Positions 34,050 through 44,467 of a stretch of DNA of 64,000 nt are shown piece by piece. Both the position numbers and the translations under genes were made by a program. Within the stretch, counting starts at the first letter, position 1. The number at the start of each line of letters is the position of its first letter. The stretch is taken from assembly GCA_964353855.1 (NCBI GenBank), contig CAYGWX010000001.1, positions 139,389 through 203,388 on the forward strand, written 5' to 3'. Under the pieces are notes generated by a model, which did not search any database, was not told where the DNA came from, and saw nothing but the letters and a program-made list of their open reading frames with translations. This DNA is from an uncultured bacterium. GTDB lineage: Bacteria > Edwardsbacteria > CAYGWX01.

Positions 34050-35675
34050 ATGAACTCCCCGACAGCGAAACAGCCAGAACTGCGCCGGGACGTCTCCATC
34101 TGGGGCTCCTATATGTGGGGCCAGGCCGACGTCGGTGCGGACATCTTCGCGGCTCTCGGCCTGGTTATGGCCGCGGCCCAGGGGGCGGCGAACCTCTCCT
34201 TCGCCCTGGCCGGGCTGGTTTACATCATGATCGGGCTGGCCTACACCGAGCTGGCCAGTGCCTATCCCGTGGCCGGGGGCGGGCAGTACTTCACCCTGCG
34301 CGGCCTGGGCGACTTCTGGGGCTATATCACCGGGGTGGCTCTGCTTCTGGACTACACGATAGACATCGCCCTGTTTTCCGTAGCCTGCACGGGCTACATA
34401 AACTTCTTCTTCCCAGCCGTGTTCGGACAGACGGCGGCGAGCTTCCTCGTCACCCTGGGACCTTTGAAGGACATCAACTGGGTCTGGTGCCTGGAATCCG
34501 TGGTCGTCATCGTGATCCTTTTGGCGTTGAACCTGCGCGGGATACGAGAGTCATCGCTGCTCAACGAGGTCATCGGCGTGGTCGGCATCTTGGCAGAGTC
34601 CGGGATCGTGATCATGGGCTTCCTGTTCGCCTGGCAGCCGGAGCTTCTGGCCCTACAGTGGAAGACGCAGTTTCCCACGCTCACGCAATTCATGTATTCC
34701 TCCTCGCTGGCCATCATCTCCTTCGTGGGCCTGGAGTCCATCTCCCAGGCGGCCCAGGAAACGAGGCGCCCGGCCACGGTCATCCCGCGGACCTCGGTGA
34801 CGCTCATCTTCACAGTGTTCATCTTCTCGGTGGCCTTCTCCACCCTGGGCCTGGGCATGCCCCTGGACCCGGCCCATCCCGGGGAATCCTGGAAGATCCT
34901 CGGGGCCGCCCAGGGCGAGTCCGTCGCCGTCCTGGCCAAGGCGATCCCCTACATCGGCATAATCGCCGGGCCCCTGGCCGCTTTGCTGGGCGCGGTCCTG
35001 CTGTTCATCTCGGCCAACTCCGGAATCATGAGCGCCTCGCGCCTGACCTATTCCATGAGCCAGTTCCACTTGCTGCCCCGCTGGTTCGATAAAGTCCATG
35101 CTAAGTTCCGTACCCCGGTGCGGACCATCGTGGTCTTCACCCTGATCGGGCTCGTCCAGACGGTCCTGGCCTTCCTATCCGGGGTGGACCCCAAAAACGG
35201 CCAGCCCCGGGCCCTGGAGATTTTGGGAAATATGTACGCCTTCGGGGCGACCTTGGGCTACCTCCTGGTGTTCATCTCGATCATCAAGCTGCGCTTCTCG
35301 GACCCCTACACTCCCAGACCCTACCGGATGCCGCTGAACATCCCCGTGCGTTACCGCGGACGGACCGTGGATGTTCCCATCATGGGGTTCATCGGAGCCC
35401 TGGGGGTGAGCTCGATCTTCTTTACCGTGATCTGGACTCACGCCATCGGCCGCATCGCCGGCCCGCTGTGGGTCCTGCTCTGGCTTGGCCTGTTCATTTG
35501 GTATCGCCGATACCGCAAGCTTCCCGTTCTCAAGAGCCTCCCGCGGGACTGGGAGCAGGAGCAGATCGCGGTGCTGACCTCGGCCGAGGAGTTCGATCTC
35601 CTGGAGCAGTACAAGCAGGCACTCCTGGAGCGGAACCGCCAGCGGGCAAAAGAAAGGGAGTTGGGTAAACGATGA
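34050..35675 (+). CDS. APC family permease
   Basis: GADIF, YTELASAYPVAGG, GLESISQAAQET, ~12 TM segments. Confidence 0.9.
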   Translation: MNSPTAKQPELRRDVSIWGSYMWGQADVGADIFAALGLVMAAAQGAANLSFALAGLVYIMIGLAYTELASAYPVAGGGQYFTLRGLGDFWGYITGVALLLDYTIDIALFSVACTGYINFFFPAVFGQTAASFLVTLGPLKDINWVWCLESVVVIVILLALNLRGIRESSLLNEVIGVVGILAESGIVIMGFLFAWQPELLALQWKTQFPTLTQFMYSSSLAIISFVGLESISQAAQETRRPATVIPRTSVTLIFTVFIFSVAFSTLGLGMPLDPAHPGESWKILGAAQGESVAVLAKAIPYIGIIAGPLAALLGAVLLFISANSGIMSASRLTYSMSQFHLLPRWFDKVHAKFRTPVRTIVVFTLIGLVQTVLAFLSGVDPKNGQPRALEILGNMYAFGATLGYLLVFISIIKLRFSDPYTPRPYRMPLNIPVRYRGRTVDVPIMGFIGALGVSSIFFTVIWTHAIGRIAGPLWVLLWLGLFIWYRRYRKLPVLKSLPRDWEQEQIAVLTSAEEFDLLEQYKQALLERNRQRAKERELGKR

Positions 35676-35878
35676 GCTCTCCCTTGACCTTAAGAGACCG
35701 TCTTTACCTTGTGGTTAGCGGTCTGATGGTCCTCATCGGGGCCCTCATGCTCCTCCGCCTCCGCCTGGCCTGGAACATGGTGGTGGGTTGGGCTGTGGCC
35801 CTGGGCTTCATTGGTGTCGGGATCTACCGGTTGCGGGTGGCCTGGAAGGCATTGAATCCAAAATCCAAATTAAGATAA
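35672..35878 (+). CDS. Small membrane protein
   Basis: ATGA overlap; two TM segments. Confidence 0.6.
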   Translation: MSSPLTLRDRLYLVVSGLMVLIGALMLLRLRLAWNMVVGWAVALGFIGVGIYRLRVAWKALNPKSKLR

Positions 35879-35879
35879 C

Positions 35880-36470
35880 ATGGTCGAGCCGCATACCAGC
35901 AGTTTAGGTGTCCTCCTGGCCCTGTTGTTCGCCGGGACCATGGGCGGGCTCCTGTGGTGGATGCTGCACCCGCCCAAGGCGATCACGGCCGTGGCCGCCA
36001 AGATGAAGTACACGGTCGGGGCCCTGAAGCGCATCCTGGTCCCGACGGTGGGCGAGGCCTATTCCGAGAAGGGCGTGGAGCTGGCCTGCCGACTGGGCCG
36101 GGAGCAGAACGCCGACATCCTCCTGGCCTATGTCATCGAGGTGCCCTTCACCCTTCCTCTGGGGGCGCCCCTGGAGCGGGCTGACGCCAGGGCAAAAGAG
36201 GCCCTGGAGCGGGCCGAGGGTGTGGTCACCAGGCACCGCCTTCGCTACGCCAAGAAGGTGGAGCGGGCCCGGCAGGCCGCGGACGGGATCATCCGCGTGG
36301 CCAAGGACGAGGGTGTGGACATGATCGTTCTCTCCCTGCCGCCCTCGGGAAAGCGCGAGGGTCGGCTCTTCGGCCGCACCACCGAGGTTCTGCTCCGCCG
36401 GGCGCCCTGCGAGCTGGTGATCAACAAGCTTCCGGCCAAGGGCACAGAGGAGGAGAGCGTGCCCGTCTGA
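35880..36470 (+). CDS. Universal stress protein with N-terminal TM helix
   Basis: RILVPT...IIRVAKDEGVDMIVL...FGRTTEVLLRRAPC. Confidence 0.85.
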   Translation: MVEPHTSSLGVLLALLFAGTMGGLLWWMLHPPKAITAVAAKMKYTVGALKRILVPTVGEAYSEKGVELACRLGREQNADILLAYVIEVPFTLPLGAPLERADARAKEALERAEGVVTRHRLRYAKKVERARQAADGIIRVAKDEGVDMIVLSLPPSGKREGRLFGRTTEVLLRRAPCELVINKLPAKGTEEESVPV

Positions 36471-36567
36471 AAACCCCATCTTTGATTATCCCTATGGCAT
36501 TTAGAGTTTTCATGAAAAATTAAAAGGGCTTCATTCGCAATAGTTATATTAGAAGATAGAGGGCAAC

Positions 36568-36984
36568 ATGGTTAAAATGAAGAAGGTGGTCATTCTGGGC
36601 TGCGGACGGGTAGGGGCCAGACTGGCCCGCGCCCTGATTGAGGAGGGACACGAGGTGATCGTGATCGACCACAACGCCGACCAGTTCCGCAGGCTGGGGG
36701 AGCACTTCCCGGGCAAGACGGTCATGGGCGACGGGCTGGACATCGATGTCCTGGCCGGGGCCGGGATCGAGGGGGCGGATGTGTTCGTGGCGGCCACGAA
36801 CGGGGACAACACCAACGTGATGTCGGCCCAGGTGGCCTGCCGGAAGTTCAAGGTCTGCCGCTCCATCGTGCGGATGTACGACCCGATCCGGGCGGGAGCG
36901 TATCGCGAAGAGTTCGGGATCAACACCATCTGCCCCACGGAGATCGTGTCCGACCTCATCCAGCGCGAGATCGCGGAGGCCTGA
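36568..36984 (+). CDS. TrkA family RCK-N protein
   Basis: ILGCGRVG, GDG.D..VL..AGIEGAD, DNTN. Confidence 0.88.
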   Translation: MVKMKKVVILGCGRVGARLARALIEEGHEVIVIDHNADQFRRLGEHFPGKTVMGDGLDIDVLAGAGIEGADVFVAATNGDNTNVMSAQVACRKFKVCRSIVRMYDPIRAGAYREEFGINTICPTEIVSDLIQREIAEA

Positions 36985-36988
36985 ACCC

Positions 36989-37642
36989 ATGTACATCATC
37001 ATCGCCGGCGGCGGCAAGGTGGGCTACAACCTCACCAAGATCCTCGCGGACAAGGGCCATGAGGTGACCCTGATCGAGAAGGACAAGGCCCGTTACCTGG
37101 AGCTCTCCGAGGAGATGGGCGATGCGGTCCTCTGGGGCGACGCCTGCGAAGTGGCGCTCCTGCGGGACGCGGGCTGCAACCGGGCGAACGTGGTCGTGGC
37201 CGTGACCGGAGACGACGAAGACAACCTCGTCGTCTGCCAGATGACCAAGTCGATGTTCATCGAGAAGGCCCGGACCATCGCCCGGGTGAACGACCCCAAG
37301 AACGAGGGCGTGTTCGTGGATCTGGGCGTGGACAACACCGTGTCCACGACCCGGGTGATCGATGCCCTGATCGAGGAGAAGATCGAGTCCGAGATGCTCA
37401 TGCCCCTGACCCTGCTCGGCAAGGGGAACATGGAGATCGTCCAGGTGGAGCTCTCCAAGAAATCCAAGGGCGTGGGCAAGAAGGTCAAGGACCTCAATCT
37501 GCCTGACGAGACCATCCTGATCGCCGCCCTGCGCGGAGAACAGGTGGTGGTCCTCAAGGGGGATATTGAGCTCGCGGCCGATGATCAGGTCATCGCGCTG
37601 ACGACCAAGGAGAACGAGCGCAAGTTGAGGAAGATGCTGTAG
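36989..37642 (+). CDS. trkA: TrkA family potassium uptake regulatory protein (RCK-N plus RCK-C)
   Basis: IAGGGKVG, VTGDDEDNL, IARVNDP, C-terminal TrkA-C. Confidence 0.88.
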   Translation: MYIIIAGGGKVGYNLTKILADKGHEVTLIEKDKARYLELSEEMGDAVLWGDACEVALLRDAGCNRANVVVAVTGDDEDNLVVCQMTKSMFIEKARTIARVNDPKNEGVFVDLGVDNTVSTTRVIDALIEEKIESEMLMPLTLLGKGNMEIVQVELSKKSKGVGKKVKDLNLPDETILIAALRGEQVVVLKGDIELAADDQVIALTTKENERKLRKML

Positions 37643-37656
37643 GGTTCAAAAAGGTC

Positions 37657-37877
37657 GTCATTCCGGACCCGATCCGGAATCCAGCGTCTTTTCTTCGTCG
37701 TTCATTCCGCATTCCGAACTCCGAAATCCGCATTGTGAAGGGTCGTCATTCCCGTCGTAGCGTAGCGGAGATCCCGATGTATCGGGGCGGAGCCCTGCCC
37801 CGGACTCTGATCCGGGGGGCTTGACCCGGAATCCAGTGTCTTTGAAGGTCGTCATTCCCGCGGAGGCGGGAATCCAG
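37657..37877. repeat. Cluster of three REP-like palindromes (GTCATTCC...GGAATCCAG) with heptamer repeats
   Basis: 37657-37684, 37745-37836 (interrupted), 37851-37877. Confidence 0.8.
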
Positions 37878-37923
37878 TCCTCTTCCGTTACCAGTCAGTA
37901 ATCACTAATCTCTTTTTGGGGCC

Positions 37924-37952
37924 TTGACAAAAAGGGTTTTTTATGGTAAGGT
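37924..37952 (+). promoter_or_regulatory. Sigma70-like promoter
   Basis: TTGACA-N17-(TG.)TAAGGT. Confidence 0.55.
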
Positions 37953-38000
37953 GTATGTCCCTATGAGTTAGATGTAAAGGCAAGAACAAAGTAGGTCAGC

Positions 38001-39758
38001 ATGACCATTAAACCCCTGTCAGCGCAAGGCTTCAAACCCAGCCGCGTTCAGGGGCTTTTGCATTCCTGGGCCCGGCTCGTCTTTCGTCTCTTTTCTTCCC
38101 TCTCCCGTCTTCCCTGGCTTTTCTGCATCCGTTCGAATCGTCGTTCAATTCGCAATTCGCAATTCGAAATCCGAAATGCAGTTCGCCTTTTCTCCCGTGC
38201 CCCCGCGCTCCCCGGCTCCCATGCTCTTGTTTTCTCCCCTGCCCCCCTGCTCCCTTGCTCCCGTGCTCTGCTGTTTCTTTTCTCCCTGGCTCCCTTGCTC
38301 CCCTGCTCCCCTTCAGCCGTTCACGCTCAGCCCGGCTGGGACCCAGAGCAGCAGGTGACGAGCATACGCGGTGCAGCCGTTTCACCCCGGGTTGCAGCGG
38401 TCGGAGATACGATTCACTTGGTTTTCTGGGAAACGGCCCTGGACAGCCAGGGGGTATATCAAGAGTGCTACTACCTCTGCAGCACGGATGCTGGGACGAC
38501 CTGGGGATTACCTGTGATGATTAGCCCGAGGGATAGTATTAGCTCCGTTAACCCCTGCGTAGTCGTGTCGGGTCAGGTTGTGCATATCATTTGGTCTGAC
38601 ATGGGCGGTGCTCCCGCTCCTCATTACATCCGCTACCGCCGGAGCATGGACGGGGGCCGTACGTGGGGCCAAGTGGACACCATTTTTCGTGATGCAGGTA
38701 CGTCCAATTGGATCTCTCTGTCAGGGGACACCGTGTACATCGTGGCAGTGAAAGCCTTCGCCAGCGGGGCTTATTTCGCAAAGAGCACAGACGCTGGTGC
38801 GTCGTGGTCACCCAGACAGCTTATCTCAAGCGTAGGGGTCGGTGGATTCAGAATATCTTCCTTCAATCGTATAATTCACATCGTCCGTGAGCGCAGTGCC
38901 CCTTCTGATGTAGTATATCTCCGGAGCACGGACGCCGGCCTGACCTGGGAAGCAGATACTGCCATTTCTGAGGTGGACTCGTTTATCAGTGTGGATCCTG
39001 CTCTTGCTCTGGATCGCCAAGGCAACCCCCATGCTACCTGGTGCGACTGGAAGTATTCTCCTTACCCCTGGACCGGGGATATCTTTCACCGCACCGGAGT
39101 AGACAGTGGGGTGAATTGGGGCGTCATTGACAGTTTGACCGTGTTGCACCGCGCCTATACCTCGGACATTTTGGCCGTAAGGGATACCTTGCATTTGGCC
39201 TGGGAGGACGAGCGGGATGACCCGGGTTCCGTTTATCCCGAGGTCTACTATCGGATGAGCGCGAATTTGGGCCTTTCCTGGGGTCCGGAGTACCGGCTGA
39301 CCTATGCCCGCCGAGCTAGCCGTAACCCCTCGCTAACGGTAACCTACAACTATCTCCATCTTTTCTGGGCAGATGACCGGGATACTACAGTTGGGCAGGT
39401 CATTTATCACCGCCGTAAATCCAGGCTGGTAGGAGTGGAAGAAAAAGGTTCGGTTATCAGGACTCTGAAGGATCTGCGGCTGTTGTTGGTGGTTTCCCCT
39501 AACCCTGCTTCTGAGGTGTGTCTCATTTCATTTGGGGCTCGACTTTCTACCGAAGCCGTGGTCAAGGTTTACGACATTTTGGGCCGGGAGATGAGGAGGA
39601 TTCGGGTGAAGGAGACTGACCGGGTTTCCTGGGATTTGACCGATGATAAAGGGAAGGAAGTGAGGAACGGGGTTTACTACGTTCAGGTGGAGTCCGGGGG
39701 GGCGGTAAGCGTCAAAAGGAAGCTTACCGTCCTGAGAAAGAGTCACTCAAGGAATTAA
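38001..39758 (+). CDS. Secreted BNR/sialidase-like beta-propeller with T9SS-like C-terminal domain (start uncertain)
   Basis: Asp-box repeats S.DAG.TW; GVEE; PNP...YDILGR...GVYYV. Confidence 0.8.
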   Translation: MTIKPLSAQGFKPSRVQGLLHSWARLVFRLFSSLSRLPWLFCIRSNRRSIRNSQFEIRNAVRLFSRAPALPGSHALVFSPAPLLPCSRALLFLFSLAPLLPCSPSAVHAQPGWDPEQQVTSIRGAAVSPRVAAVGDTIHLVFWETALDSQGVYQECYYLCSTDAGTTWGLPVMISPRDSISSVNPCVVVSGQVVHIIWSDMGGAPAPHYIRYRRSMDGGRTWGQVDTIFRDAGTSNWISLSGDTVYIVAVKAFASGAYFAKSTDAGASWSPRQLISSVGVGGFRISSFNRIIHIVRERSAPSDVVYLRSTDAGLTWEADTAISEVDSFISVDPALALDRQGNPHATWCDWKYSPYPWTGDIFHRTGVDSGVNWGVIDSLTVLHRAYTSDILAVRDTLHLAWEDERDDPGSVYPEVYYRMSANLGLSWGPEYRLTYARRASRNPSLTVTYNYLHLFWADDRDTTVGQVIYHRRKSRLVGVEEKGSVIRTLKDLRLLLVVSPNPASEVCLISFGARLSTEAVVKVYDILGREMRRIRVKETDRVSWDLTDDKGKEVRNGVYYVQVESGGAVSVKRKLTVLRKSHSRN

Positions 39759-39789
39759 GGCGCTACCAAACCAAAAAGGAGCAGAAGCC

Positions 39790-42700
39790 ATGAAACCGAA
39801 CAGGATCGTTCTATTAACTCTGGGGCTGGTTGTTTTGACCGCCCTCACCGGGTTTAGTGCCCAGTGGATTCCCACGCTCGGCCCGCCCAACGCCCATGTC
39901 AATGGGCTTTCCGCTGGGATGTCGGGGTTTGTTCCCTACATCTACGCTGCGGATGAGCAATCTCATACCTACAACAGTGTAAACAACGGGGAAACCTGGA
40001 CTCCTTCAAGCGATCAACGGTCCGCAGGCCCCTTCTGTGTGGTCACCGCCCCCAACGACGCCAACATCGTCTACATCGGCCGGGATTACGACCCGAACTA
40101 TCCAGAAAAGGTCTACCGGTCCACAAACGGCGGAGGTGATTGGGGTCCTCGCGGTACTGGCATCACCAACCGCTATCCTCGGTGCCTGACGATGTTCTCT
40201 GACCTGAGCCACCTGTACTTGGGCTGCTTCAATGATGGCAACTCTCCGCCCTCTGTGTTCAAGACCCTGGACGGGGGTGCGACCTGGCAGTCCGCCTCCG
40301 GGACTCAACTAACCAACAAGAGGGTCAGCGGCATCAAGGTTCACCCCACGAACTACCAGATCGTCTTTGCTGCGGTGACCTCAGGCGGGCATGGCGTTTG
40401 GAAGTCCCAAGACGGGGGTAACTCGTGGTCTCAGAAGCTCACCACCCCGGTGGACGTCTTTTCCCTGGCCTTCGCTCCCACCGATCCCAGCATCCTGTAT
40501 GCCGGGGGTTCGGATGGGGTCTACAAGAGCTTGAACGCTGGGGAAAGTTGGAATTTGATTTCCGGTTCACCCCAGAGGGTGCTTGCGATTCTCGTGGATC
40601 CCAATACGAATTCCATCGTCTACGCTGGCAACGGCGAGGGGGTTTATAAGAGCGAGAGTGCCGGGTCCTCTTGGACCCTCTCCAGGAACGGGATGCCTGA
40701 TAAAAACCGGTACGTTCTCTCCCTTGTTTTCCACCCTCAGAATTCTTCGGTCCTGCTCGCTGGTGTCAAACAGGGCCTCTTCAAGAGCCAAAATCAGGCT
40801 CAATCGTGGATTCAGACGACCAAAGGGTTCAAGACGGCCATTGTAGACGAGGTTTCTACCAACTTCTTCCAGATTGGTCAACCGCCTTACCTCTATGTGG
40901 CCGGGCGTCATTCTGTAACCCCTACGTCTGTTCCGCATGTCTCAACCGATTACGGAAGCTCCTGGCTTACGATACCTCAACCCTGGGGAGAAGAGCTCGA
41001 ACCGCCTGGTCATATCTCGGTTAACCAGGTTGACGGTTCGATAGCTTATGGTGGGTGCAACAAATATTATGGCTTGTTCTGTGATTATGGAGGTGTAGTT
41101 TTTCTTACTACGAACGCCGGTTACGTTTGGGAAAAGAGATATATACCCGACATCCCGTCTGCTCCGTTCGGTGCACATCTTAGGTGTTTAGTGGCGGATC
41201 CCCTTCGCGTTGAAATCGCTTATGGAGGCTGGGAGTATTTTGATGGTGGAATTGGCAAGTATCAATTAGAGGTAATTAAAACGACTGACCGCGGCGTGAA
41301 TTGGTTTCAGTCTGCTGAGGGGATCACCCATCCCGACGTAGGTTTGTGTTTTACGATCAATCCTCAACACCCAGACTCGGTGTACCTGGGCACCCAGCTG
41401 GGGGTGCTCTACCGGAGCACCAATGCGGGGAGCTGGTGGAATAACGTCAGCAACTTCGGTGATTCCATCATCTCCCTTGCCCAGGATGGTTTCAATACCG
41501 GCACCCTCTACGTTGGCGGGAACTTCGGGGTCCAGAAGTCGATGGATCATGGTGTCAGTTGGGTGACAAGTAACACGGGCTTAAACTGTCCCAATATTTT
41601 TTGGTTGGCCATCCACCCGGCGGAGCCGGCTTTGCTGTGGGCTTCTACCAATGACGTCTACCCTCACGCTTACGTAACCGTGGATGGCGGGCTTCAGTGG
41701 ATCGAGCAGAGCAATGGTTTGCCTCCAGGTCAGGTGAGAGGTCTCTCCATTGATTGCTTTGACATGCCCGACACGGTCTGGGCTGGGGCTGGAGATGGCC
41801 TTTACACGTACAAACTCCCCTTCCAGTTTAAGTCCCTGACCTCCGCTTCCTCCAACGCTTCAGACTCCAACTCTCAGCGGAAGCTGGTCCGGCAGGAGGG
41901 GACGTCTAATCTCCATGCCGTCTATCATTCCGGGAATGCCAACGAGCGCAACGTGTACTATGTCTCATCCACGGACGGCGGGGCGACGTGGTCTCGGAAG
42001 ATCCTCCTGGGCCAAGGCGGTTTTCCGGCCATTGCCCTGGACGAAGGGGGGAATCCCCAGGTGATTTGGGTTTCTGACGGCGACAACGAATTGCGCTATG
42101 CCTATTGTCAGGGCGGGGTTTGGTCTGCGGGACAGACCCTCTATATCGCGAGCGCCAGCGATAAGATCGGTCCTCCGGCGTTTTGTGCCGTTCACTCTGT
42201 GGCCGGGTCGCGGGGCCATGTAGTGTTCAATTGGAAGTCGGGCGCCAATCAGTCCACGGCGGTCAAATACGGGTGGTTTACATTGAACATGTCCGGGACC
42301 CTGCAGAGCGTGGTGAATGTGGACAGCGGGAGCAACGGCAGTTCGTTATGCTCCTGCCCCTCTCTGGCTTACTCCTTTTCGCTGGGCAGCTACTACCTGC
42401 ACGCTTCTTGGGCCAAAGGAACCAATGTCTGGTACTCCTACAAGCAATTGGACTCCGGGCCTTGGACCAATACCAGGATTTCCCAGACCTCGGCAACCAG
42501 TGCACAACCGAATATCGAGTTCTACGGGGATGCGGTTAATGTCGCCTGGGTGCAGACGTCATCTCCCGTTAGCGTCATTAATCGCTACAGGACCTTTCCT
42601 TATGGCTCATGGAGCACTTGGAAGACCGTGAGCCAGGCTGCGGGCTGTGCTTCTCCCCAGATGGCTTCTGGAGTCTACTGCGTCTGGAACGAGGGAGATA

Positions 42701-43617
42701 ACGAGGTTTACTACGCTTATCGGGTAGGCGGGGTTTGGCAGACGAAAGTTAACCTATCCAATACCCCTGAGCGTTCGGCTTCTCCCCAAGTAACGTTCAT
42801 GCCCTGGATAATGGGTACCACGCTTTTCTGCTTCTGGACCGAGAACAATTTAGCCCCATACCAGGAGTACTTTGCTACCACCATAGGTCCGCTTGGGGCC
42901 TTTTACACCCTTGATGCCGGTCTGGAGGTGGCGAGTCCCTACACGGTCCGCCGGGGCGGGTATCTGCAGTATACCCAGGAGCCTGAGAAGACTGTGGATA
43001 CGGATGAGTCCTATCTTACCTACCGCTTCGAGCGCTTGAACCCGAAGATGCTTTACCTGGTCAGGGCGTCCTATTACCAGGAAACGGGTTCACCAGTGGG
43101 CCTTGAAGTGAAGGTGGATGGGTTCGTTTTTGCCAACTTAGCGGTTCCGAATCGTTCCGTGATTAGGGGGGAAGCCTGGGTGCCCAAGGAACTCTATGCC
43201 GACAGCGTGGTGGAGTTTGTGATTCGGAAGAAAAGCGGGACGTTGGGGACCTTGGGGTATCTTGAGCTCTGCCAGGCTGAGCCTCGGGGTAAGGGCGGGC
43301 CGCAGTCCTCGGGATTGTCTGACCTTTCCTTGCCCAAGGAGTTCTCTCTGGGTTCAGGTTATCCCAATCCCATGACTTCCGAGGTCCGGATCGCCTATGC
43401 CCTGCCCAAGGCTTCCCCGGTGAACCTTACGGTCTACAACATTTCAGGCCAGGTGGTGCGGAGACTGGCGAGCGAATCATCCCAAGCTCCGGGGAGGTAT
43501 ACGGTGCGTTGGGACGGTAAGAACGACCAGGGCTACAGGGTCCCTGCCGGGGTCTACTTCTACCGGTTGAACGCAGGAAGCTTCTCTGAGACCAGGAAAC
43601 TCGTTGCAGTAAGGTAA
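39790..43617 (+). CDS. Large secreted BNR/VPS10-like multi-propeller protein with FlgD-Ig C-terminal domain
   Basis: Signal peptide; many S.DGG.TW Asp boxes; PNP...WDGKND...AGVYFYRL. Confidence 0.88.
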   Translation: MKPNRIVLLTLGLVVLTALTGFSAQWIPTLGPPNAHVNGLSAGMSGFVPYIYAADEQSHTYNSVNNGETWTPSSDQRSAGPFCVVTAPNDANIVYIGRDYDPNYPEKVYRSTNGGGDWGPRGTGITNRYPRCLTMFSDLSHLYLGCFNDGNSPPSVFKTLDGGATWQSASGTQLTNKRVSGIKVHPTNYQIVFAAVTSGGHGVWKSQDGGNSWSQKLTTPVDVFSLAFAPTDPSILYAGGSDGVYKSLNAGESWNLISGSPQRVLAILVDPNTNSIVYAGNGEGVYKSESAGSSWTLSRNGMPDKNRYVLSLVFHPQNSSVLLAGVKQGLFKSQNQAQSWIQTTKGFKTAIVDEVSTNFFQIGQPPYLYVAGRHSVTPTSVPHVSTDYGSSWLTIPQPWGEELEPPGHISVNQVDGSIAYGGCNKYYGLFCDYGGVVFLTTNAGYVWEKRYIPDIPSAPFGAHLRCLVADPLRVEIAYGGWEYFDGGIGKYQLEVIKTTDRGVNWFQSAEGITHPDVGLCFTINPQHPDSVYLGTQLGVLYRSTNAGSWWNNVSNFGDSIISLAQDGFNTGTLYVGGNFGVQKSMDHGVSWVTSNTGLNCPNIFWLAIHPAEPALLWASTNDVYPHAYVTVDGGLQWIEQSNGLPPGQVRGLSIDCFDMPDTVWAGAGDGLYTYKLPFQFKSLTSASSNASDSNSQRKLVRQEGTSNLHAVYHSGNANERNVYYVSSTDGGATWSRKILLGQGGFPAIALDEGGNPQVIWVSDGDNELRYAYCQGGVWSAGQTLYIASASDKIGPPAFCAVHSVAGSRGHVVFNWKSGANQSTAVKYGWFTLNMSGTLQSVVNVDSGSNGSSLCSCPSLAYSFSLGSYYLHASWAKGTNVWYSYKQLDSGPWTNTRISQTSATSAQPNIEFYGDAVNVAWVQTSSPVSVINRYRTFPYGSWSTWKTVSQAAGCASPQMASGVYCVWNEGDNEVYYAYRVGGVWQTKVNLSNTPERSASPQVTFMPWIMGTTLFCFWTENNLAPYQEYFATTIGPLGAFYTLDAGLEVASPYTVRRGGYLQYTQEPEKTVDTDESYLTYRFERLNPKMLYLVRASYYQETGSPVGLEVKVDGFVFANLAVPNRSVIRGEAWVPKELYADSVVEFVIRKKSGTLGTLGYLELCQAEPRGKGGPQSSGLSDLSLPKEFSLGSGYPNPMTSEVRIAYALPKASPVNLTVYNISGQVVRRLASESSQAPGRYTVRWDGKNDQGYRVPAGVYFYRLNAGSFSETRKLVAVR

Positions 43618-43636
43618 CTTAACGCGTGGTTGCTCT

Positions 43637-43670
43637 GAAGGCGGGGCTTCTTTTGTCCCGCCTTCTTTAT
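43637..43670 (+). terminator. Intrinsic terminator
   Basis: gaaggcggg...cccgccttc plus T tract. Confidence 0.7.
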
Positions 43671-43694
43671 TTGTGAGAATTTTTGCACTCACCC

Positions 43695-43724
43695 TTGACT
43701 TTTTCAGTTGGGTTATAGTATAGT
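43695..43724 (+). promoter_or_regulatory. Sigma70-like promoter
   Basis: TTGACT-N18-TATAGT. Confidence 0.55.
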
Positions 43725-43824
43725 ATATGGTCGTTTACAGCCTCAAGGATTATACCCGCGTCTCAAGGCATTGCATCTTTCCTTCTCCGTTTATCATCTC
43801 ATGGATTAGAGTTCGAGGTCTTTC

Positions 43825-44466
43825 ATGTCAAAGCTAAAAAGTCCGTTTTTCGCCCGCGAGGCGCGCGGGAGGTTTGGTAAGGATTTGGTGTATTCCTCCT
43901 GGCGGGGGATACCCTATGTGAAGGTGTTCTATCCGGCTCGTCAGAAGGATTCCCCGCGTCAGCGCGAGGTGCAGGCGTCCTTTTGTAAGTTGAACCGGGA
44001 GTGGGCGGCCCTCACCGAGGCTCAGAGGGAGGCTTGGAGGGTTTATGCCGGAAGGCAGAGGGTGCCCAATTCCGCGCATTGTCTGTTCCTCTCCTTTGCG
44101 GTTCTGGCCCAGGATGCCGGGCTTTCTCTGCCGGTCCTGCCGCCCGGGGGCAAAGCTCCCCGCGCTCCGTATCTGGCCGTAGCTTCCGGTGAGGAACCCT
44201 GTTCCGTGGTCGTCTCCTGGTCTTTTACCAAGTCCCAGAAGATACCCAACTCAGCCCTTCTGGACCTCTGGTCCTGCATGACCCTGCCCTCCCGCCAGGC
44301 CTATCTGCATCATTTCACGCATCTGACCTACGTTCCGGCCGATGCCGGAAAAGCGGCGATAAATAACCTTCCGCTAAAAAGAAGGCCCCACTTCCGGGCC
44401 CGTTTGATCCTTCCCGACTCCCGCTCCTCTCCCTTTTCCAAGACTATCGGTGCTCCACAGTCGTGA
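43825..44466 (+). CDS. Hypothetical basic protein, diverged third homologue of 536-1183 / 15789-16436
   Basis: Shared K.KSP....RGR....V...WRGI, REWAALT...R..W, DAGLSL, DLW...SR.AY...F.HL.Y. Confidence 0.8.
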   Translation: MSKLKSPFFAREARGRFGKDLVYSSWRGIPYVKVFYPARQKDSPRQREVQASFCKLNREWAALTEAQREAWRVYAGRQRVPNSAHCLFLSFAVLAQDAGLSLPVLPPGGKAPRAPYLAVASGEEPCSVVVSWSFTKSQKIPNSALLDLWSCMTLPSRQAYLHHFTHLTYVPADAGKAAINNLPLKRRPHFRARLILPDSRSSPFSKTIGAPQS

Positions 44467-44467
44467 C

